A stretch of 56,878 nucleotides of DNA, filler included, from Sphacelaria rigidula (Eukaryota), in NCBI GenBank assembly GCA_964200075.2. It is 2 parts of 2 records of this genome, joined end to end, with 100 filler letters (N's around TTAATTAATTAA, not from the genome) between each part and the next. Parts side by side here need not be neighbours in the genome. Positions count along the whole stretch, not along the records: positions 28,501 to 56,878 come from CAXNAA020000100.1; 1 more part is not named here. The stretch is one strand, 5' to 3'. The stretch's first letter is position 1. Each line of letters opens with the position of its first letter. A model generated the notes under the pieces. The model was not told where the DNA came from. It saw nothing but the letters and a program-made list of their open reading frames with translations, and searched no databases. A program made the translations under genes and the position numbers. Below are positions 50,001-56,878 of this stretch, one piece after another.

Positions 50001-53000
50001 AACCCAGGCTATCTCCTCCGATGCGCTGGTTTACAAACACACCGTCGGCAATTTTTAGGACGAAGGGTCACATTGAAGTACATCGGTAGAACACCATTCA
50101 GTTCAAGTGCGATTGAATAATAATGTCCGGCTGCCCGGTACACCTGACACCACAAATTCCAGGTGGGTCTAGATAAGATTATCTCCACCCAGGAACAAGT
50201 CGGGGGTCTTCAGGAGCAACTGACGGCGATGGAGCCTGTCTTAATCCAGACCCAAGCAGACGTGGAAGTGATGATCGTCAACATCATGAAAGACAAGGAG
50301 GAAGCCGGACAAACGCAAAGCGAGGTGAATGACTGGTTTGTTTACATACTTCAGGAAACGTTAGACATCCCAAGATCTTTGTTCTAAGAGTGCATGAGAG
50401 AAACTACTCTATCCCGTCGACTGCAGAGTCCCACTGTCCATACACGTCCATAGATGCCAATGCAGACCTGAGTGATTATTTGTACGAGTGCTCTGCATAC
50501 AAAAAGGTCCTCCATCAGTTCTCAGATCAATATGTGGGGGCATTCATCGTCGGTATTTTTGAGTATAAACCACCTGGGGCTACGTGACGATTCGTTGTTG
50601 GTAGTTATGCATTCTCCCCGTTGCGAAAAAGTCGTCTGAATCGTTCGAATAGCGACAACATCGCTTCCACACCTCAACCGACCTATTCGGACCATTACTC
50701 TTTCACCTATTGGCGTGTGACACATTTCTGTTTCTCTAGCCTAGGTATCCAATGCGCCCTGCTAAAGCCATACCCACTCGGGCAGCCTCCAAGCGCCAGG
50801 TGATTGTTGGTTGGGGCTGCCTAAAACTCGCTGTCGTGCCTGTGCGATGCGACGTTGATCATTGGTACAGGTAGAAAAGCAAGAGGCAAGTGCTCAAGAA
50901 AAAGCTGCAGCAACTAAAGCCATTGCCGACTCTGCTCAAAAGGATTTGGACGAGGCGTTGCCGGCGCTTGAGGTGGCTGTGGCTTGCCTCAAGGACCTCA
51001 AGAAGAATGATATAGACGAGGTAATAAGTTGCACAGTACACCTTACAGGTGGGAATCGGCAACCTACAGCCCAGTAGGTCCTTTGCACCCCGGAGCTTAG
51101 GACGTTGATATATATCTTCATGAGTCTTCGTGGTTGATCCTTCCTGTTATTTCTTGCCAACTCTGTCGGACCCGAGTGTTTCTTTGGTGAACGCCGGAGA
51201 AAATTCCTGGGTCAGCAAATCAGCACGGGAACTTCGCATGAATCTGTGTTAAATAAACACACGCCTTGGCCAGCGTTTGTTGGCATATATTGATCCTTAC
51301 TGGTGCGCGGTAGCGCCTGGTAGAATCAGAGTTATCAAATCACTTGCAAGTTGTGTTTTCTGGATGCGTTTGCTAGCTTGTCTGCTTACGGTCGATAATC
51401 ATGCAGATAGACCTGCGTGAATGCTAGTGCTTACTGGATGCCGACTTGGGAGTTGTAGCCCATTAGTACGAGTGGTGAGGATAGAGTAACAACAATGCAA
51501 TGAGTCTTAGCCATCGCGTCTGAACGTAACATTTTTGACGGAACACCTATCCTTTAACCTGGAGGGGTTCCGGTGACCCTGAGTGTGAACATTCAAAGAC
51601 ACTGGCTCAATTGTCCCTCACTGCTATCTTCACGTTTGACTCCACGTCTTGGGGTGTTCTAGGTCAAGAGTATGGGGAAGCCTCCTTACGGCGTGAAGCT
51701 GACGATGGAAGCCACGTGCATCATGTTCGGAATCAAAGCGGACAAGATTAACGACCCCGATAACCCCGGGAAGAAGGTATCAGGTTCTCTTGTCATCTTG
51801 TAAATTTCCCGGATTGGGTTGTCGTAGTTGTTGAATTGCGTGAGAACCACGAGTATCAGCTAGATCGTTCAGCCCCTGGTTGGAGTCGCCGCCAGCCTTT
51901 GCTTGATACGTACCCAGCCTCGGGTCGCTCCAACAATGAGCGTATAGAAAAGAGTTCGGCCATCGCCTTAAAATACACATATTGCTTAGATGAAGCACCA
52001 TAATATAGGTATGCACCACGGTAGCCGCAAATGGTGGCGTTCTCCCAACTATATGAAATACCGATCAACGTGACAAGGATCTGCTTGGTGGGGTTCATAC
52101 CTCGCGATTGAGACTGTAGACTATGATACACAAGTATGCCAGACATTAGACCATCCGTTGTGAAGACGCTCTCCACCCCCAACGCTTGCTGAGCCACACC
52201 CCTTCTACTACTCTGGAAAACAGATCAACGACTGGTTTGGAGCAGCGAAGAAAACCCTCCTGAGCAACGCCAACAAACTCTTGCTGGACATGCAGGAGTA
52301 CGACAAGGATAACATCCCGGACAAGGTCATCTCGGTGAGAAATTCCGATGTCCACAAAACGAGGAACCAGACGTCATCCGATGAACGTATGATGGGATCA
52401 GGATTGGCAGCTATCCCACTACGCTGTGGGAACCGTTTTTTGACGCTTCGCTCATCGCAGCACCCACATGCGTCAACAGCCCGCACTTGGTCAACCAAAT
52501 ATTACATGCCGGGTTTGGAGGGACATCGCGTCTGTCCTCGTCGTCCTCGTGTGATGGCCGGGTATCGGGGTTATCAATCTAATTCTCACAAATTTGTCGA
52601 TTACGCCGTGGTCACCGGCTGTGTTCCTTTTTGTGGCTTGGCGAGGGCAGGCGATCGATCCGTTTGTGGCGAACCCCGACTTCGAGGCGAAGCAAATCGA
52701 GAAGGCTTCTAAGGCGTGCACGGCGATCTGTCTGTGGGTTCGAGCTATGCACAAGTACAATAACGTGGCGAAGCAAGTGGAACCCAAGAGGAAGCTCCTA
52801 GCGGAGAAACAGGTACTTTGTCACTGATGCTTTGAGAATACATACATGAGATGCAATGACTTCGTGAACGAGTTTCTAAGCCCGTGTCGCGCTGTACTCA
52901 GGAAATTAACACCTGAAACCTTTGTATGTGCCGAATCGATGTTGTGAGTAATCTGTCTTTGTTTAATTATACCTTCGACTGTCACGTGCAGAGTGTGAAT

Positions 53001-56000
53001 TCATTTGATGTTGTGGGCTCATGAACTACATCTGCAGTCGGCTTTTGCCAGCACATTTGTTGCGCTCTAAAGAATCCGTGGTACTTTGAGGCCTTTGAAC
53101 ACTGCCATCCAACCAGGCCATGAAAGCGATATTGCCTCTCCACGCAGGTTGAGCTTGACGTGACAATGGCAGAGCTCGCTCAGGCGCAGTCCGTTTTAAA
53201 AGAAACCTTGGACAAAGTGGCAGCGCTTGAGGCTCAGTTTGACGAAGCCAATGCAAAGAAGGTGAGGGACACGAACGTCCACCCGGCTACTTGGAGTATC
53301 ACGGGAGTATGAGAAGCCGATAGTTTCACAACCGCCCTGAGCATATTGTACGGAGTGTCTTCAGAACAGAGCGGTTGCGCTAGCGGGCACCGTTCCCCAT
53401 TTGCCTGTGCCTCGGTGCTAGTCGCCACGGCTTTCGAGGAGTGGTGAACATTCCCCGAGTTACGACATATTTTAAGTGTACCAGTCAGCACGTGGTCGGT
53501 CTGGGACCCGCCTTTCTCATTCGGAATATTCGGAGTGGGGTGTATACGTAGCCCGGTGCTCTTTGTTAGTCGTTAAGCAGATCCTCTAGTAAACGTTCCC
53601 TGTGGTAGGTCGCCTTTCTTGCGTTGGGTTCGCCGTCGACACCGACAGAACAAACATCTCGTTTCCTATTTCACAGGAAAAACTGATGAACGATGTGGAA
53701 GAATGCAGGGCCAGGTTGGACCGCGCTCAAAAGCTGATCGGTGGATTAGGGGGCGAAAAGGATCGATGGACGGTGAGATCAGGGTATGGGCATGCCTTTG
53801 GCTACAACTCGGTTTTGTAAGTACAGTATTGTCATCTACCACTTGGGACTTGTCGACCACCCCACAACACACACTATCCTCCTTTACTTCACTCTGTGGT
53901 ACAATCTGACAGTGGATGTTGCCAATCTATGGCTAGAGCATGAGACTCATATCCGCGCCATCGCTCAATCTTTCAACAACACGCACTCCCCACCCCCCGC
54001 CTTGGACACGCACCGGGGACGGGCAAAAACTACGGATGTAATCCTTTGATTAACACCCCAGTACGTCGTCAAAGGATGTATAGAATGGCACACTGCTGGA
54101 GTGTAGCGTATTTCTTCCGTCATTGAGTAAAGTGAGACACGAGACAAAGCGCAATAAGTAGTCTACTTGGCCTCTTGGTGGTATGTAAATATTGCTCGTT
54201 TCAGCATGAGGATGCCTGATCTTTAAGAAACATATCCATGCACGTGGGCCAACATCGTACAACGCGAGGATCTGCGTTTCGAAGTGATCATTCGATCGAA
54301 CGGTGTGGCTTTGCAGCATGCTCAAGAGACAATGGCGGTGGTTGCTTCCGTTGCACCGTCGTTTATCATTCTCGTGTTTCGCTGCTCTTCTCACAGGTGA
54401 CTGTAGCACAGCTGACGAAGGACTACGACAACTTGGTAGGTGACGCTTTGGTTTCCGCCGGCATGATAGCCTACGCAGGCCCCTTCACGCCGGACTTCAG
54501 ACAGAAGCTCGTCAGAGGTTGGCAAGACAAACTGCTAGAGCTCGGCATTCCGCACAGCGAGGGTTGCGACGTGCGGCTCACCCTTGCAGATCCGGTTGAG
54601 GTAAGTGTAGAGATACTCCGGGAGAGAGAAAAACATCCCCCAAACTCATCATCCATCGGCCAACGCTTGGACAAGCGTCGTTCGAGCATTCCACAAGTAC
54701 ATGATAAAAATATGACGGTCCTCAGGGAAACGTACCAGCGCGGTATCATCGTAGCTGCGCACTTGCCACTGATTATTTTTCATGACGGTTTCGGGTAAAG
54801 CATACCCTCGCTCCACGCCCATTCATTCTTGTGATACCCCTGGATGCCTGTTGAGACAGGGGAGCATGCAATCATGAAAGCAACATGTCGCATTGGTGCG
54901 TCGCTTTGAAGTCAGTTCAACGGTTACACTACAGAGTGTGTTCAGCTCATCTAAACAGTAAATACCGAACGCGGAAACGAAAACATGCTGTATGGGTATT
55001 TTGCTGAACGACGAGAGATACGCAAACAAGTACCCGGCGACATTCCTTACTTTTCGCTGGTCACATGATACCGAGGACATTCTCCCTTGCCACTAACACT
55101 CTCATATTCCCTGTCTGCCATCGTTCTCATTCAAGATCCGAGGCTGGACCATTGTCGGTCTTCCAAGCGACGGGCACTCAATTGAAAACGGAATCTTCAT
55201 GAGCCACGCGAGGCGATACCCACTCCTGATTGACCCCCAGGTTGGTGGTGTGGCACGTGGAGGGATCTCACACAGCTTTGAGATAGTACACTGTCTCCTA
55301 CTCCTGTGCCTATTTTTAGGACTCATCGAGCTATGCTTTTGGATCCGCAAAAGTGTTGTTCAGGCCTAGTCAATCGCTGTCATGCTCAGTAGTGTCCATT
55401 CTGATAGGAGTTGATATCGTTTCTACATACCGAAACGTTGCGACTCACGAGAAAAATCACGAGGAGAAGTCCCTCGTATACTGTCGACGTCGTTGGGTGT
55501 ATTAATGGTGTACAAGTGTTCAAGTATTCCGTGGGTAAGCGATAAATTACCTTCGAGTCTGCCTCAATCTATTTTCCAACTGTGCGTGGCTATTTGTATT
55601 TTTCAGGGTCAGGCCAACCGCTATATTAAGAACATGGGAAAGGATCCCAGCTTCTCTCTGAACGGTATTGATGTCATCAAGCTCACCGACAAAAACTTCC
55701 TCAGAACGCTGGAAAACGGGATCCGCTTTGGAAAGTGGGTACTTTTGGAAAACGTTCAGGTAAAATGAACCAAAATCGTTGCCCCGTTGACATCGGTACC
55801 AACGACAGTGTCGACTTACTCAAAACCAAACAACACAGCTACGTCCTACCCACCGCAACAAAACAGTCCTCCACTCCATGAAACTCAGTAAAGCATGCTT
55901 GAAAGCTAGCGGGCAATCCTGAACATATATATGTATATCAGATATCATCTCAACCTCCTTCAATCATGATCAGTATTGACTCATGTAACCCATCACGATA

Positions 56001-56650
56001 GGCATCGTTTATTTTCTGACAGGGCAAAAAGAGGTCTACGAATTTTGGCGTGTTGAGCAGCATCTATGTAGGATCTTCCGGTGAAATCCTGGGTACACAT
56101 TTTTCCGCCTCCACTCCCTGATTTCGGTCCGATCAAGTCATGTATGATTTTCCAGGCCACGATTATGTTGACACCTCTGCGCTGCCGTAATGAACGAATA
56201 CTCTCATCTCCGCTGTTGTGAGGGCCTCGTGCAAAAGGTGCATACATGCTACCACCTACTGTAGGCTTCGCTGGTATCGGTAACGACCGCATCGACCCTT
56301 GCAGACTCATGTTCCGGGGCGATGAAAGACGATCCACGTGCTGGCGCATCGAGTTCTTCAAAGATTTCACTCACCTTGCGTAGGATCAAATGCGACAAGT
56401 GTCACTCACCAAATTTCACGAGTGCATAATTGCAGATGGCCAAAAAGTGTGACGCTTTCAGTGACCGCCCAGGGTACTATTCAACTATTGCGAAGATCAT
56501 GGCTTGCAACGGTGCAAATCTCAGACGTAGTAGCCGTTGACGGTTTACCTCTATTTTTGCATTTTTTTTACGCAGGAGAGTCTGGATGCTGCGCTGGAGC
56601 CACTACTGCTGCAGCAAAAGTTCAAACAAGGAGGCACGGAAATGATCAAG
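28802..56650 (+). CDS. DNAH1: Axonemal dynein heavy chain, inner-arm single-headed type (DNAH1-like); partial gene, 34 exons in window
   Basis: Manual splicing gives an uninterrupted 4872-nt frame. Exons: 28802-29041, 30046-30159, 30713-30865, 32559-32696, 33851-33967, 35388-35522, 36242-36441, 37251-37335, 38331-38539, 39283-39411, 39757-39869, 40255-40373, 40885-41051, 41947-42072, 42483-42696, 44639-44890, 45637-45785, 46537-46636, 46940-47053, 47294-47455, 48226-48366, 48742-48819, 49342-49512, 50163-50324, 50871-51020, 51663-51776, 52224-52334, 52651-52812, 53148-53261, 53677-53772, 54397-54600, 55136-55240, 55607-55759, 56576-56650. Motifs: [71 protein letters not shown]. Dynein identity is secure; the DNAH1 subfamily call is from recalled similarity only. 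Confidence 0.95.
29530..29874. mobile_element. MITE family B copy 2, in a dynein intron
   Basis: Perfect 16-bp TIR TAGAGCTCGGAAATGG; flanks CTATCAAT/CGATGAAT match 6/8, a possible decayed 8-bp TSD. Confidence 0.8.
30046..30159 (+). CDS. Dynein heavy chain exon
   Basis: cag|[21 protein letters not shown]...LLLRALQ|gt. Confidence 0.93.
30713..30865 (+). CDS. Dynein heavy chain exon
   Basis: cag|[25 protein letters not shown]...GLQP|gt. Confidence 0.93.
32559..32696 (+). CDS. Dynein heavy chain exon (AAA2 P-loop)
   Basis: cag|[32 protein letters not shown]...THLK|gt. Confidence 0.93.
33851..33967 (+). CDS. Dynein heavy chain exon
   Basis: cag|[39 protein letters not shown]|gt; an alternative in-frame acceptor at 33866 is possible. 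Confidence 0.88.
34472..34831 (+). repeat. Long intronic foldback (candidate pre-miRNA or foldback MITE)
   Basis: ~173-nt arms (34472-34644 and 34659-34831) around a 14-nt loop, with a near-perfect inner stem. Confidence 0.85.
35388..35522 (+). CDS. Dynein heavy chain exon
   Basis: cag|DGVLADLVR...[25 protein letters not shown]|gt. Confidence 0.95.
36242..36441 (+). CDS. Dynein heavy chain exon
   Basis: cag|[42 protein letters not shown]...KE(R)|gt. Confidence 0.9.
37251..37335 (+). CDS. Dynein heavy chain exon
   Basis: cag|g [28 protein letters not shown]|gtgag; restores frame between the flanking exons. Confidence 0.85.
38331..38539 (+). CDS. Dynein heavy chain exon
   Basis: cag|[14 protein letters not shown]...[14 protein letters not shown]...FL(R)|gt. 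Confidence 0.92.
39283..39411 (+). CDS. Dynein heavy chain exon
   Basis: aag|a [42 protein letters not shown]|gtgag. Confidence 0.85.
39757..39869 (+). CDS. Dynein heavy chain exon
   Basis: cag|g [37 protein letters not shown] g|gt. Confidence 0.92.
40255..40373 (+). CDS. Dynein heavy chain exon (AAA3 P-loop)
   Basis: cag|(G)PTGTGKT...[12 protein letters not shown]|gt. Confidence 0.94.
40885..41051 (+). CDS. Dynein heavy chain exon
   Basis: cag|[17 protein letters not shown]...[25 protein letters not shown]|gtgag. Confidence 0.95.
41947..42072 (+). CDS. Dynein heavy chain exon
   Basis: cag|g YDR...[24 protein letters not shown]|gt. Confidence 0.93.
42483..42696 (+). CDS. Dynein heavy chain exon
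   Basis: cag|g [16 protein letters not shown]...[20 protein letters not shown]|gt. Confidence 0.94.
42857..43307. repeat. Decayed TIR element with mirrored short subterminal motifs
   Basis: Many (C)TGGGA(T/C) motifs in the left half and ATCCCAGA motifs in the right half; ends TAGGGGACGGT / ACCGCGCCTA. Confidence 0.5.
44639..44890 (+). CDS. Dynein heavy chain exon
   Basis: cag|GMLMTD...[16 protein letters not shown]...[12 protein letters not shown]|gt. Confidence 0.93.
45637..45785 (+). CDS. Dynein heavy chain exon
   Basis: aag|IYEEVKD...[21 protein letters not shown](R)|gt. Confidence 0.92.
46537..46636 (+). CDS. Dynein heavy chain exon (AAA4 P-loop)
   Basis: aag|g [33 protein letters not shown]|gt. 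Confidence 0.94.
46940..47053 (+). CDS. Dynein heavy chain exon with GC donor
   Basis: cag|[17 protein letters not shown]...VFLFNDTQ|gcgag. Confidence 0.9.
47294..47455 (+). CDS. Dynein heavy chain exon
   Basis: cag|[23 protein letters not shown]...IFAQ|gt. Confidence 0.94.
48226..48366 (+). CDS. Dynein heavy chain exon
   Basis: cag|[47 protein letters not shown]|gt. Confidence 0.95.
48742..48819 (+). CDS. Dynein heavy chain exon
   Basis: cag|[26 protein letters not shown]|gt. Confidence 0.87.
49342..49512 (+). CDS. Dynein heavy chain exon
   Basis: cag|MVKHVHQSV...[14 protein letters not shown]...NRLQ|gtaag. Confidence 0.93.
50163..50324 (+). CDS. Dynein heavy chain exon (stalk CC1)
   Basis: cag|[13 protein letters not shown]...QTQSE|gt. 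Confidence 0.92.
50871..51020 (+). CDS. Dynein heavy chain exon (stalk CC1/MTBD)
   Basis: cag|VEKQE...[29 protein letters not shown]|gt. Confidence 0.93.
51663..51776 (+). CDS. Dynein heavy chain exon (microtubule-binding domain)
   Basis: tag|[38 protein letters not shown]|gt. Confidence 0.93.
52224..52334 (+). CDS. Dynein heavy chain exon (MTBD)
   Basis: cag|[13 protein letters not shown]...[13 protein letters not shown]|gtgag. Confidence 0.92.
52651..52812 (+). CDS. Dynein heavy chain exon (MTBD/CC2)
   Basis: cag|[11 protein letters not shown]...[18 protein letters not shown]...[12 protein letters not shown]|gt. Confidence 0.94.
53148..53261 (+). CDS. Dynein heavy chain exon (CC2)
   Basis: cag|[38 protein letters not shown]|gtgag. 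Confidence 0.92.
53677..53772 (+). CDS. Dynein heavy chain exon (CC2)
   Basis: cag|[32 protein letters not shown]|gtgag. Confidence 0.94.
54397..54600 (+). CDS. Dynein heavy chain exon
   Basis: cag|VTVAQL...[24 protein letters not shown]...LADPVE|gtaagt. Confidence 0.94.
55136..55240 (+). CDS. Dynein heavy chain exon (AAA5)
   Basis: aag|[35 protein letters not shown]|gt. Confidence 0.94.
55607..55759 (+). CDS. Dynein heavy chain exon (AAA5)
   Basis: cag|[10 protein letters not shown]...[21 protein letters not shown]|gt. Confidence 0.94.
56576..56650 (+). CDS. Dynein heavy chain exon (AAA5)
   Basis: cag|[25 protein letters not shown]|gt; the gene continues past the window end. Confidence 0.92.
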
Positions 56651-56801
56651 GTGCTTTGTAGAATTAAAAAACTCCACGACTGTGATAACATTTGCTACGA
56701 CCATAATCGCCGTAATTCGTTAGCGGACATGAAGGCACGCAAGCTAACCCTTAGAACAAATCTTGGACGGAACGTAGCGGCGGCTATACCCTCCCACCCC
56801 A

Positions 56802-56878
56802 TGTGAGACACCCATGAGGCAGTGTATAAGCTGTTGCTGTATCTGGAAGTGACGATACCACAGAATAAAGCAACTCAT
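56802..56878 (+). repeat. Dispersed repeat shared with 16525-16597, truncated by the window end
   Basis: Starts TGTGAGACACCC. Confidence 0.6.

Overview
Eukaryotic, intron-rich genomic DNA. Short exons in roughly 0.2-2 kb GT-AG introns, plus a flagellar dynein, suggest a brown alga or other stramenopile; this is an inference. A 100-nt N spacer carrying TTAATTAATTAA (28401-28500) divides the window into two contigs. Left contig: the first exon of a minus-strand membrane-protein gene (ATG 11401) sits head-to-head with a plus-strand RRM + RS/RD-rich SR-like gene (exons 12108-12224, 20677-20778, 24765-24806, 25535-26955; 3' end not found). Around them is a dense repeat landscape: a tRNA-derived SINE family, several non-autonomous TIR elements (some nested up to three levels deep) and a probable KDZ-type transposase relic. 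Right contig: 34 consecutive in-frame exons (4872 nt, about 1624 aa) of an axonemal inner-arm-type (DNAH1-like) dynein heavy chain, from the end of AAA1 through AAA2-4, stalk and MTBD into AAA5. It has one GC-AG intron and a ~360-nt intronic foldback that may be a miRNA precursor. I found no convincing new multi-gene system. The best leads are the intronic hairpin, the nested and SINE-interrupting transposons, and the KDZ relic.
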